A stretch of 62,830 nt of DNA from Nemertoderma westbladi (lineage: Eukaryota > Animalia > Xenacoelomorpha). The DNA lies in assembly GCA_032718475.1 (NCBI GenBank), contig JAUCBJ010006987.1, forward strand, positions 1 to 62,830. Reading direction: 5' to 3'. Shown here in pieces: positions 37,770 to 50,049 of the stretch. A program made the position numbers and the translations under genes. Under the pieces are notes generated by a model. The model was not told the origin of the DNA. It made no database searches and saw nothing but the letters and a program-made list of their open reading frames with translations. Every line of letters starts with the position of its first letter. Position 1 is the stretch's first letter.

Positions 37770-39952
37770 CTTTAAGTTCTAGTGCAGTCAAAGGGGCAGT
37801 TGATAGTTTCCCACCTGGTAGTGCTGGGGGTCTTTCAGGATTGCGCCCTCAACACCTGAAAGATTGTCTATCGAAAAGGAATCAAGCCTCAGGGGTCCCC
37901 CTCCTGGAAGAACTCACCGAATTAGTCAACCTAATTCTCTCCGGCTCAGTTCCATCAGTGGTCCGCCCAATCTTTGCCGGTGCAGCATTAACAGCATTCA
38001 TAAAGAAGGATGGGGGGACCCGTCCAATAGCTGTCGGAGAGACCCTAAGGCGCCTTGTCGCGAAAGGCGCATCTAAATCACAGGTTGAAAGCTGCTCTAG
38101 GAAGTTCTGTCCTTTACAACTCGGGTTTGGAGTGCCGGGTGGTGCTGAGGCAGCAGCCCATGCTACCAGAAGCTACGCTTCATCAGCACAACCAGGTGAA
38201 GTACTGTTGAAACTAGATTTCAAAAACGCCTTCAATACCATCCGCCGTGACTTTGTTGCTGAATGCATTGCTGAAGATGCACCACAATTGCTACCATTTT
38301 TTGACATGTGCTACAATGAGGACACAATACTGACATTCGGAAGTGAACTAACAATCGACTCTTCAGAAGGATTTCAGCAGGGTGACCCCTTGGCTATATA
38401 CGGATTCTGCTCAGGTTTGCATAAGAAGCTCCAGATCCTTCTCTCACGCTTAAAATTAGCCTATGTTGATGATGTCTCAATGGGGGATGCATGGAAGAGA
38501 GTATTGGGAGACTTATTTAGTTTCCGTAAAGCTTGTGAGGAAATCGGGCTGCAGCTAAACACGTCCAAGTGTGAACTGACAGTTTTCCACCCAGAAAGTG
38601 TAAATGCCCCACAAATCATCGCTGCATTCAGGGATGTTTTGCCTGACATCACACTGACTCCTGCGGAAGACTTAATCATTCTGGGCTCCCCAAACGGACC
38701 AAGGGCACTGACATCTGCATTGACAGATAAGTATGACGCTCTGAAAGTTTTTGCAAGTCGCCTCCTCATCCTAAACAGCCTTGATGCCTACTACCTTCTC
38801 CGTAACTGCCTTGCTATCCCAAAGCTAACTTATATACTCAGAACTTCACCTGCATTTGTGGCAAAGGAGATCCTCTCTGATATGGACAACTGTCTACGTG
38901 AGACCCTAGCATCCATCACCAATGCGTCTATGACTGAATCAGTTTGGAGGCAGGCCACCCTACCATGTTGCCTGGGAGGGATTGGTATCCCAATATCATC
39001 TGTAGTTGCTCCTGGTGCATATCTGGCTTCCGTCAGTAAATGCCGTTCCCTAACAAACCAAATTCATACTGGCGATGCCCCTGCAACAACATTCCAAGAC
39101 GCACTAAAAGTCTGGCGTTCACTAGGTGGAACTTGTATTCCAAATCAACTTGACTCACAGAGAAGTTGGCTTGAACCGCTCTATAAGCTTCAGGCTGACC
39201 AGTTACTTACATCCGCAAGTCCATTAGATACAGGTCGTATCCGGGGGTGCCAGGCACCAGGATCTGCCGACTGGTTGAACACACTTCCATCTGGAACACT
39301 TGCCCTCCGTTTGTCGAATGTACAGTTTACGATAGCTGCTGGCCTACGCCTCGGTGCACCTGTTTGTACTCCCCATACTTGTGTATGTGGCGCTGAAGCT
39401 GATGGTCTAGGCTACCACTCTTTGTCGTGCAAATCGACAAAGAGTAAACACGGACGACATAGGGAGGGGAATAATGCCATACATAGAGAGTTTTCTTCGG
39501 CAGAGATCCCGTCCACACTAGAACCTGTCGGACTCTGCAGGAATGATGGCAAGCGGCCAGACGGCGCAACTCACCTAAACTGGTCCCAGGGAAAAAGACT
39601 GGCATGGGACTTTACTTGTGTGAATCGCATGGCAGCTTCATACAGCAATTTGGCTGAATCGGAGGGCTCTGCCGTAGCCGAAATGGCCGAAGCTAGAAAG
39701 ATCGCCAAATACAGCGACATTTCGTCTACTGTCATTCTCCAACCAATCGCGGTGGAAACGCTAGGAGGATTTGGTCCTCTGACTATAAAGTTCCTCCGCG
39801 AAATCGGGAGAAAGATAATATCAGTCAACGGCGACCCGCGCTCTTCTATATACTTGAGACAGCGCCTCAGCATCTGCGTACAGGCTGGGAATGCCTCTTG
39901 CATTATCGAGTCACTGAACTACACGCCACCGATACCAGTAAATGAACTTTAA
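37685..39952 (+). CDS. Reverse transcriptase plus restriction-like endonuclease (CRE clade)
   Basis: SAGGLSGLRPQHLKD, RPIAVGETLRRLVAK, QLGFGVPGGAEA, KLDFKNAFN, QQGDPL, YVDD, CVCG...HSLSC, RNDGKRPDG..WDFTCV, AEARKIAKY. Confidence 0.93.
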   Translation: MLNQLSRTIRCSNPTDRREFPASSVPPLTLSSSAVKGAVDSFPPGSAGGLSGLRPQHLKDCLSKRNQASGVPLLEELTELVNLILSGSVPSVVRPIFAGAALTAFIKKDGGTRPIAVGETLRRLVAKGASKSQVESCSRKFCPLQLGFGVPGGAEAAAHATRSYASSAQPGEVLLKLDFKNAFNTIRRDFVAECIAEDAPQLLPFFDMCYNEDTILTFGSELTIDSSEGFQQGDPLAIYGFCSGLHKKLQILLSRLKLAYVDDVSMGDAWKRVLGDLFSFRKACEEIGLQLNTSKCELTVFHPESVNAPQIIAAFRDVLPDITLTPAEDLIILGSPNGPRALTSALTDKYDALKVFASRLLILNSLDAYYLLRNCLAIPKLTYILRTSPAFVAKEILSDMDNCLRETLASITNASMTESVWRQATLPCCLGGIGIPISSVVAPGAYLASVSKCRSLTNQIHTGDAPATTFQDALKVWRSLGGTCIPNQLDSQRSWLEPLYKLQADQLLTSASPLDTGRIRGCQAPGSADWLNTLPSGTLALRLSNVQFTIAAGLRLGAPVCTPHTCVCGAEADGLGYHSLSCKSTKSKHGRHREGNNAIHREFSSAEIPSTLEPVGLCRNDGKRPDGATHLNWSQGKRLAWDFTCVNRMAASYSNLAESEGSAVAEMAEARKIAKYSDISSTVILQPIAVETLGGFGPLTIKFLREIGRKIISVNGDPRSSIYLRQRLSICVQAGNASCIIESLNYTPPIPVNEL

Positions 39953-40661
39953 CATAACAATTCCCCCCCCCCCCCCCCCCCCCCTGTTTCTCACAGTATG
40001 CACCAAAGCTAATTTAATTTTAATATCATGGGATTTTGTACGTATAATGATTTTAATATTAAGAAAATTAATATTTTATGTGATAATGTGATAATATTAT
40101 TAGTTTACCGGTTACACAAATAATTAAATTAATATAAATATAGTATTTGTGTGGTTTATCAAGAGCTATAAAACAAGCCCAAAATCGACGAATTTCATCA
40201 AGCAATCAAAAGATATGAACATTTAAAGTTATTGCTAAACTTTTCCCGGTTTAAAGCGACAGTGACCATTAACAATAACATAGGTGGTAGTCACTTACAG
40301 TACACTATACAGTAGTATTTGTAGGTGGTAGTCATTTATATACCGCTACTGCCTGATTACTGATACAGTATAATAACTCTTGTCCGGATAGGAATTGTTC
40401 AAAACGAGTGTGTTGGACCAAATAATATACAAGTGAATCAAAAATATAAATCTGGCCAAAAAAATAACAAAAGAACACATGCTTTTCGCACCAAATAATT
40501 TACTTGTTGACCACAAAAAATTCATCTGAACTAATGTTATAAATTCGATCTAAAAAATAAAACATCAGCCCCATCAACACACATTTACTATGTACTCTAA
40601 AACACAAAGCAAACAACAATAGTCAGATAATATCAAATATGATATTTATTTCTAGAGTTGG

Positions 40662-41040
40662 CTTTTTCTAACCAAAATAATAAACGTTGTTGTTACCAAT
40701 AGAGAGAAAGGAGCAGGTTACAAATACGACTTTTTCTAACCAAAATAATAAACGTTGTTGTTACCAATAGAGAGAAAGGAACAGGTTACAAAGGCGACTT
40801 TTTCTAACCAAAATAATAAACGTTGTTGTTTCCAATAGAGAGAAAGGAGCAGGTTACAAAGAAGACTTTTTAACCAAAATAATAAACGTTGTTGTTACCA
40901 ATTGAGGGAAAGGAGCAGGTTACAAAGACGGCTTTTTGTAACCAAAACAATAAACTATGTATTACCAATTGAGAGAAAGGAGCAGGTTACAGAGTCGTCT
41001 TTATCTTTTAAACCAAACAATAAACGATGTTGTTAACAAT
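40662..41040. repeat. 68-bp tandem repeat (~5.5 copies), probably internal to a non-autonomous DNA element
   Basis: CTTTTTCTAACCAAAATAATAAACGTTGTTGTTACCAATAGAGAGAAAGGAGCAGGTTACAAA at 40662, 40730, 40798 and onward. Confidence 0.85.
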
Positions 41041-42941
41041 TTATCGAATGTAAAATATATAAAAATACTTTGGGACGAATATAAATAATTTGGTGCGAAA
41101 AGTATGTAATCTGGGAAAGAAATATGTATTTATCCTTCGTTCATTCATTAATTCATTCATAATTAACGGTTCCCTAATTCGTAGGAATTAGAGATCCAGA
41201 GATGATCTTATCTGGGAGGATAAGTCATTCCAGAATCCGACAAGGTTGCACACAGTTGACCTAGTCCTGTCCCTGTCATTGTGTTTGTGAAAGTTATAAA
41301 GATAATATTATGATTGGCCAGAATGGCTGCAAAAGAAATCTGACCAGAATGGCTGCAAAATAAATCATATCATATGTTTTCATAAGTTGTTGCATTACTT
41401 GGTTTCCTGTTAAAAAATTAAATATAACATTAGTGGGAGCAAGGAATTTAGTGGTGGTGGTGGGGGGGGGGGAGGGGGGGGGGGGGGGGGGTCTGAATAA
41501 CTATGGTATGGTTTACTTATACTATAGTTCAGAGTTAAAAAGGATGTCTATTAGGACAAACTGGTCTGGCTAAGTCTTTGTAGTGCCATATCGTGTAACA
41601 ATATATATTCATGGAAATCCAGGGGTTGGTTATGAGATTTTATTAACATTTTTCTCCATTCACAGGGTCTGTCTGAGATTTATAGGGTGGTAGGCCTATG
41701 CTTACTCAATGGGATTATGTCCACTACTAGTATATTGAATCTTTAAGGTTACTGGTTTGCTTTGCCTCCGGGATGACTTGGCCTTGGTTCTATTAAGAGT
41801 TTTTAAGTCAGGCGACATAACCGGGTCAATACACCTATTGGCTATAAGGTTAATTTTATGGTTTCATGGTCTCTTCTGGGTTAATTAAAGGGATATTATC
41901 TTGTTCAAGATAAACAATTCACTAGGTTTGATTATGATTGATCTGACAGGATACCATAAACATGTCTAATTATATCATAATATACTAGACTCCAATATAT
42001 TAGACAGACTTAATTGGTTTTACGTCCTGCAAAATAAATAATAAGTAACATTACCTAAATAAAATATAAGATATCGGTGATGCATAACTCACAGTTTATC
42101 TGCCGTCCTTGTATGCCTCGTGTATTCGGTGTGAGTGTGTGTCAATAGTCATCCGTGTGTGCAACAGTGGTGGTCAACGTATGCGCGTCCTCTGACCCAA
42201 GACCATAATGACCATACCCGGGCCAGGCATGGCATGAAGGTGGTGTGTACTTGCGTACCGCCGGACCCCCAACCTGCACGTATACTGAGCGGCCCCGAGG
42301 CTGACCTCTCAGTATATGGATTCTGTCGCCGCCCCCGTAACGAGCATGCATCACACAGACTCCAAGAAACAGATGGGATTGGAAGATGCAGACCAAGAAT
42401 GACCTGCATCAACCAAATAAACTGCCTCCCGTCTAATGTTAATACACAGTCGTATAAGCAGAAAAATCACAATCACAAATCGTGCGATGTGTGAAATGTT
42501 ATCCCGATCCGCAACCTGGGAAACGGCCCCAAAGAGCAGTTTACTCTGCTAAGGGAAATATGTATTTAGACGTAGCTTTAATGTATATTGCTTACAGAAA
42601 ACATAAAATTTGGGGCTATCGTTTTGGGGCGGTAAAAAAGTATATTTGGTGCGAAAACTATGTAATCTGGGAAAGAAATGAATTGTAGTGTTAAATAAAT
42701 AATTAATCCGTAGCTTCTTTTTATTACTACTGTAGTACTAGTGATTTTTTGTACTGCTGTTGTAGGCCCATAGATGTCCAATAAACCTATAAATATAACC
42801 CCCAACCCCTCAATATAGTATTAACCCTTTTTTCCTCGGCCTTCGTCGTCGAAAAAAGTGGCTTTTATTATTCCCCGAAAATGCAGATTAAAAAGTGATA
42901 AAAATGTTGCTATCTTTTTGTAAAAGAAGTATATATAGTTA

Positions 42942-44159
42942 CTATTTTTCTTTAACAACTTTAATAAATTTAGATACACCATTTCTAGTTACCACCAATG
43001 TGTCGTTAGTTGCTATGCGATAAATGGGTTCTTTATAAGTCCAAATGTTATTCCCACCGAAACCAATATAAGAACCGGCGGCAGAATGGATTGAATTAAT
43101 ATCAATGTCGCTAAACTTATATTCTAGAATACTGTTACCATAGGAACCGATGAGTATTCTCGTATAATCACTTGCGACAACTACATCGCAGCACAAAACG
43201 CAGTCATAATCATTTGAGGATTCCAGAACCACTTGGCGCCCAAATCCATGTTCTAGAACGTCCCAGTAGACAACGGCCTCGTGAACAGCGCTGCAAACTA
43301 CGAGGTTCACTTGTAGTTGCTGGGACGACGCATTCGAAAAAAGCTGGAGCGCTGTGATTGGTCCGTCTAATTCAACTCGCGTTGGAGGGCAATTCGGGTT
43401 GCTATGATACAGAGTAACCAGCCCGTCTTCACAACCAGTCGCCAGTAATAACGAGTTAGAAATCTGAATAATGTTGAGACTATAAACAGGGCTCGGTGAT
43501 GCGACGGAGAAATCCAAGTTTATTTCATTGTCGGGAAATCCGTCGTAATTAAGTGGATTAGAGGAATCGGCCGCGTAAACATGAAGGTAACAATCGCGGC
43601 CCGATACAAGAAAGTAATTGTGTTTATTCCGGTAACTATACAGCCCCAACGGTGAGTAGTGCAATGGGATTACTTGTAAACACTCAATCTCCAGGGCGGA
43701 ACTAATAAAGTTGATACGAAGGCTGTATAACTTGATGTGGAACTTCTTCCTACCGGTTGGGGCCGGAGTGAGTGGGCTGCTATCGAGCTCCGGGAATTCG
43801 TTCGTAGGTTCCGACGTAGTCATCGCAAGCGTAACGCTAGCGCACTCCAAATCGAACTCATCGCAAAACGCTGCCATTGAAACCACTGTAACGCCACGCT
43901 TTAGATCGGCGGGAATTTTTCCCTGGACCACTACCGTGTCACTATCGCTGCCGGCCGCTACTGTGTCACTAACGCTACCGGTACTACTGCTATGGCAACT
44001 CGGGTGTAATTTGATGCACCTAAATATTCCTTTTATTGAACATAACAGAAGAAGGCGAAGATTCTCTGATTTCTCGTCCATTTTGTTCGGAATCACAACG
44101 CAAGTGGTGTACACAGAGTAGGGAGCAAGGGAACGCAATATTTCTACAGACGATTCCAT
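42942..44159 (-). CDS. KPTN: Kaptin (KICSTOR subunit), single coding exon, divergent
   Basis: FLVSGRD..LHVY, ATGCEDG, LDGPIT.LQLF, NLVVCSA..AVVYWDV, S..YDCVLC, ILIGSYG..IL.YK match the kaptin pattern. Confidence 0.8.
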   Translation of the reverse strand: MESSVEILRSLAPYSVYTTCVVIPNKMDEKSENLRLLLLCSIKGIFRCIKLHPSCHSSSTGSVSDTVAAGSDSDTVVVQGKIPADLKRGVTVVSMAAFCDEFDLECASVTLAMTTSEPTNEFPELDSSPLTPAPTGRKKFHIKLYSLRINFISSALEIECLQVIPLHYSPLGLYSYRNKHNYFLVSGRDCYLHVYAADSSNPLNYDGFPDNEINLDFSVASPSPVYSLNIIQISNSLLLATGCEDGLVTLYHSNPNCPPTRVELDGPITALQLFSNASSQQLQVNLVVCSAVHEAVVYWDVLEHGFGRQVVLESSNDYDCVLCCDVVVASDYTRILIGSYGNSILEYKFSDIDINSIHSAAGSYIGFGGNNIWTYKEPIYRIATNDTLVVTRNGVSKFIKVVKEK

Positions 44160-44492
44160 AGTAGTTGGCAGTCGCAGAGCCTCCAGTTTAGGAAATGTTA
44201 GAAAATTAGCAAGTAGATAAATTAAAAATATCGCAACTCAAAACTACAATCGTAATAAATAATCTCGTCCTCGTGTAATAATAATAGTACCGGTACTGTA
44301 AGAAATAGCGTAAACAATAAACATTATATACTATATACTGTACAGTACATATAATCAATATAATTGACTAAAAACTGAAAAATAGTTATCAATTTTTTGT
44401 TTAGAGTAGGCCTACGCCCTACGGTAGCAGGCAGTGAACAGGCATCTGATAAATGTAAAAAAAAACAGTAATATATATATATATAAGTAAGG

Positions 44493-44853
44493 TACGGTGG
44501 CTGGTTTAGGCCAATTTACTTTCATTTTTTTTAACGGCCAAAAAATTTCAAACTAAAGTAGGAAATAAAAAAAGTTTCAAACTAAAGTAGGAAATAAAAA
44601 AGTTTCAAACTAAAGTAGAAACTAAAAAAAGTTTCAAACTAAAGTAGGACATAAAAAAGTTTCAAACTAAAGTAGGAAATAAAAAAAGTTTCAAACTAAA
44701 GTGTAGGAAATAAAAAAGTTTCAAACTAAAGTAAGAAATAAAAAAAGTTTCAAACTAAAGTAGGAAATAAAAAAAGTTTCAAACTAAAGTAGGACATAAA
44801 AAAGTTACAAACTAAAGTAGCAACCTAAAAAAGTTTCAAACTAAAGTGTCTGC
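44493..44853 (+). repeat. Left TIR with 11 copies of a 28-30-bp subterminal repeat
   Basis: AAAAAAGTTTCAAACTAAAGTAGGAAAT units at 44550-44847, ending in AAAGTGTCTGCA. Confidence 0.92.
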
Positions 44854-45854
44854 AATCTGCATGCTGCAGCCATAGCCTTCTGTAGGCCTACCGTAATGTG
44901 CATCATACTGTAATACAGTACAGCAGTACTGCAGTATCGTAGACCTATGTGAGCCTAACTGAACTGTCTGATAGTCTGCGCCGAATGCATGTTGTAATGC
45001 TGCGCCCAACGTGTTCGGGGTTCGGCGTAGGTACATGTAAAACTTTTCAATAGGGACCACCGGTAGGCTATTGATTATGACTTACAGGACTTAGGTAGGA
45101 CGCCAGACTCAGGTACGGTACAGAGCTGCAGGACTCGCCTATATGTAGCCTATATGGTAGATGAGAGAGAACTAACCCTGCGGGGGTAAACGCTATTCCT
45201 ACACGTACTGACGTACTCATACGCCTACAACGCATACACCTACCCTACCTACACTACATGTAGGCCTACCGGTAAGCCTGAACATCTGATTGATGATTCT
45301 CAATAAAATTGGGTTTTCTACAATACCGTTAGGCCTATTCCTTTACCCCCTAACCAGCTAACCCTGCCTACCCTACACCCTAACAAAAATAATAAAGCAA
45401 CACTGTAGGCTAGGCTACTTGTAGGCGGTAGCGGTAGCCCCTTTAGTCAGGTAGTGCGTAGTGGTAGACCTGGCAGCCTGGTAGCGGTAGGCCAGTGGTA
45501 GCATACCGGTATGTGTAACTGCCCTAATCATCTGATCATGAGGTTATAATCCTGTAATCTAATATACTGGTATTTTGTGGAATTTGGGACTGTTACGAAG
45601 TTGCTAAGTTAGGCTTAACTTTATCGGTAAATATATGACCTACTACTACCATCAGACCGTATTTGTCACTATTTGTAGCATGATAGCATTTCATATGTAC
45701 CGGTAATATATATTGTATATATCATATGATAGCGGTAGCGGTACAGAGCGGTAGGCAGGTAGGCCTGTAAACTGATATAATCAATCATGTACTGATGTAG
45801 GCCTATATATATAATATATATATCAGTATATGGAGGATATGCAGATATCGAGAG

Positions 45855-48286
45855 ATGGAATCAAATAGTGACAATCCGGTCGATGATCAGGATGATACCG
45901 GTAATAGGGTTCGGCGAAATCTCCTCAATGATATAAGGAGGGATACTTACTTAAGAATAGATTCAATATATCGTAGATTTTCTGTAGAAGGTGATAGGCC
46001 TAGTCATAATCATACCGATTTGGGCCTCTCTGACTACAATACTGGTAATGTTATTAATAATTGTGACCTAAGTTCCACTGCCTCAGTTGCCATAAATAAA
46101 ACTACTGAGCCTGACACTGCTGTTCGTGGTGCACCTAGTTCTATCGATTCATTGTGCTCCAATTTCCAAAGCCAAACCCAACCAAAGCAAATTTCCGGCT
46201 TACAAAGAAAACCATTTAATGCGAAAGTGGGACGACCACCAGCTACTACTAAGTGTTTACATTTTAACTGTAAAATAGACACAGGCAAAGGACAACCGTT
46301 TATCCTAAAAAAACCACTAGGTGTTTCTACGATTTTAAAACTGAAAATACCAGTGAAGAGCTCTATGACTGCAATCAAATCACAGGTTATTGATACAATA
46401 TTCTTTGATGATATGGGGAATAATACACGGTTGAAATTACAAAAGAGGCCTTGCAATAAATCAGATTATGATTTCAATTTACTTAATGACTTTGGTGAAG
46501 ATATCGAGAATCATGCATCTCTACATAAATATTTGGAAAGCACCTGTGTTGCGGGAATTCCCAAACTAACTCTGTTTGGCAAGAGGAAAATAGAAATTTC
46601 AAATGGAAGTGGAACCACTGGGACTGCTAATAATAATGTTAACTTGGGAACTGAAACTGAAAGTTTGGATACAGGTGATCAAAACTCGTTTAATACAGAA
46701 AACTCTGATATTGAAGTTATTGATGATTCTGTGCAGGGTAATTTTAATGCTTCCATATGTAGTGAAAGGCGATTAATTTGTCCAGTATGCTCGACCAGCC
46801 GACCACGAACTGAAACCATTTGTTATAACTGTAAACTTAATGAAAATTACAATGAGTCGGAAATTATAGATTTACTATCCTCTACTTCGACCGCTAATGC
46901 TGATACTTTTACTGATATTACAGAACCTACAACAATGTATGAATACACACGTGAGGAATTGGCAAATTTGAGATCTCTGTTCTTTAGTCATAACGACAAT
47001 CACGAGAACACTGCCGATACCCCGATGTCTGTATTAGATAATGATGTTGATGTAGATCATATCAAAGAGAATGGTGATACTACATGTGCCGATTCTGTTA
47101 TTGCTGTCGAAGTTGAAAGCAATCTATCATCTTCATTGACCAGTTTATTCAAAGCTTTAAAGGAAATGGATCCAAGCCACTCAGTTCTAGAAGTTCCACG
47201 AAGTCGTATCGTGGAAAGTGTGTATGATATTATGGATACCGAAGAGATTCGTCCCACCTTGATGGTTAAGTTTTTGGACGAAGAAGCTGTGGACACAGGA
47301 GGGCCTTTACGAGAATTGTTATCATTATTTTTTCTCCATCAGCCTCCATCCTTGGAGGCTGATGGAAAGTCAATTGGAATTGCATGTTTCGTGGATCTTA
47401 TCCAGGGTATGTTTTTCGACATAACTTGTCTGACATCCAAAGATTTTATCATCTTGGGAAATTAGTTGGGATTTCACTTCTAAATGGCGCCCCTGGGCCC
47501 CATTGTTTCAGTGATGTATTTGCCCGTGTGATCCTGGAACTACCGTTTAGTATAAATATTAGTGATATACCTAAAGATGATGAACTAATTGAAAGAGTCA
47601 ATACTATAAAAGAGGCTATCACTGAAGGTGATTTGATCAATGCAGTAAATAGTCTTACTGAGCTGTTCGACATGGGAGTTTTACAAGCAAACATAACCAT
47701 GGACGAGAAAGACAAAGTTGTAGATCTGCTACTGAAGCATATCTTATTTAGTACTGTCTCTGAAGAAATTAATAAGTTCCGTGAAGGGTTGAATATTTTT
47801 GGAGTTTATGATATTATGAGAAATTTTCCAGAAGATAGCCTGAAATGTCTAACACATCAGACCGTCACAGCTGAAGAAGTCAAACAGCGCTTTCGGGTTA
47901 AACACGAAGCACATAAGAATACGCAGGAGTGGCACAAAGAAAATGAGATAGCATTTAAGTTTAACATGTTTCTAAAACAAGTCAAACGCAATGAATTGGC
48001 ATCTGATGTTATTGAGGATCCCCATAGTGACGTAGAAGCCATTCTTAGACATATATTAACATTGAATGATGTATTGCAGTTTGGTAGTAGGTCTCCCTAC
48101 CCCAATTTTATTGGGGAATTAGGTTTCCATAGAACCAATGATTGCAAAAGGAGACTTATTGGGGACACCTGTGCTAATGTCATAAAATTTCCAATAAATG
48201 ATCGTTATCTGGTCGGTTCTTCCCGCAGCTTTGCAAAGAATGTGACAGAAGACATTCTCAACTGTCACGGATTTGGGATTTACTAA
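45855..48286 (+). pseudogene. HECT-domain E3 ubiquitin ligase (G2E3-like) with upstream CxxC..CxxC finger; one frameshift near 47363-47400
   Basis: VKFLDEEAVDTGGPLREL (HECT N-lobe), FYHLGKLVGISLLNG.PGP..FS, FREGLN.FGV, GDTCANVIKFP (catalytic Cys), and terminal GFGIY with the conserved -4 Phe. Confidence 0.8.
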
Positions 48287-48943
48287 ATTGCTATCTGAAT
48301 TTTGCCCATTTGTCAATATGTTGAGTTTTGTTGCGTTATTTTGTGTTTTTGATTCATTTTATATTTGAAACAATGTAACAATATTGATTTGTTTGTATTG
48401 CAATTAACGAATTTTATAGAAAATGGTAAGGGAGTAAGCAAAGAGGTTACCCCCCCCCCCCCCCCATCCCCACATAAAAATGAAATCAACTCGAATTTTT
48501 ATTTTATAAAATAAATCGACGCCATTCTGACAAAAACGGACAAGTTCAAAATTTGTCATTCTTTTCGTTTTAAAAAAATCAAATTTGTTATGGGTCAAGA
48601 GCCTCCCCACCCCCCATCTGTAAATCTGATTTATTTTGTTGAGCACCGGTGGGAGCCCTGTTTGCACGTAATTTGAGCAAATAAAATGCCTCGAAAATAG
48701 TGAAAAATTTAGACTCTTTTTTTCCCCAAGTAATAAATAATTATTAAGGCTTTTTCTCGAACACGTTTCTATTACTCTCCAAATCGTTTTAATAAACTTA
48801 ACAAATACAGCATTTGTAGGCCTACGTGGTAATGGTAATTTAAATTGCCCCAATACCGGCAATTAAATCACTTTCAATTGTATTTAATAAATATTTTAAG
48901 GTTTGACTACAATCGAACAAATTATTACAGTGAAGCGGTTCTA

Positions 48944-50049
48944 TTATGTTTCGATTACATTTGAGATAATATGTAGGCAAATATTATACACACTGAGTCG
49001 GCAAGGAGTACCGTGATCATCATTCCCTAGATTATTGAAAGATTCCACCAAGGTAAGAGTTTCATCGTCAATAGCATGCAAATAATTAGGATTATCGAAA
49101 AAGAGAATGTCCGGCTTTCCTGGTGGGGCAATTAAACCACTTTTTCGTAATCGATGCGTGTTCCATTTTTCAACAATAAAATCTAGAGTTCTCTGCAGTA
49201 AATCAATATAAACGAAACGAATAATTTCAATGTGTAACATATTAGAAGTGTCAATGACCCCAGAAATATCCAACTCGTGAAAATTAATCAACCAAGCTTC
49301 CATACCTAGAATGGGAAATTTACTCCACCACGCTTCTATTCGTTGATTCCTGGAACTTTTTCCATATAGAAACACTGATCCTCTCGTTGCATTGTTATCT
49401 GTATGAATTAAACGGAATAACCTTTGGAATAATTCAACATTGACATTTTCTGAACCTCTATCACAACGAACAATGTGAGGCACTCCACCTAGTCGCATCA
49501 GACACTTAATGAATTCACTCCCAATTACAAATGGATCGTTATTACTTCGATGGCAAAATAGCCACATCATTTTACGGCTATAGCCATCGATGGCTCCATG
49601 TATTGCTAAGCCGTAAGGTTTTAACTTGTCCCACCCATCTATATGTAATAAATAGTTTGGCCCTTTTGATAGGTAGGTACGCCGAACAATCTTTCTTCCA
49701 AGTCTTTTTCTGACAGCTCCAGGCTCCAGCAAGAAGATAATCTTTGCAACTAAATCCCTAGGAGCATACAATTTGTACTTTAACATCAATGTCTTCTGCA
49801 TTTGCCGATAACCAATACCCGACGCAATGGAACTTAAATTCCTTTCTTTGTCAATATGGTCGATGAGCTTGTCCAAATCAATTGTATTAAATCGTTTCAC
49901 AAATCCCATACCGTTCAAATCCCTGCGAATAACTCGTGTTGATATAGAAATGAACCAAGAACTGTTTGAGTTTCATTATGGTCAAACCCTTTAAAATAAC
50001 AATCGACAATTGTAAAGATATACAATCGCGCTAATGCAGATATACTCAT
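48944..50049 (-). pseudogene. IS3/IS481-like DDE integrase-core transposase; N-terminal part frameshifted near 49950
   Basis: GPNYLLHIDGWDKL..YG.AIHGAIDGYSRK, VRCDRGSEN, NQRIEAWW (D, D, E). An upstream ATG at 50049 gives YFKGFDHNE, which continues in the other frame as ISTRVIRRDLNGMG (HTH-like). Confidence 0.85.

Larger units (their letters stand above)
35390..39952 (+). mobile_element. CRE-type non-LTR retrotransposon; single frameshifted polyprotein Ulp1 - Pro repeat - PHD - zinc finger - RT - zinc finger - RLE
   Basis: Co-oriented, abutting ORFs. RT with CRE-like motifs and a C-terminal PD-(D/E)xK-type RLE. Confidence 0.85.

Noticed and set aside
47320-47400. Programmed -1 frameshift in the HECT gene
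   Set aside because: The T-run at ~47328 leads to a TGA at 47360 in the -1 frame, and there is no slippery heptamer after it. An indel mutation or sequencing error is more likely.
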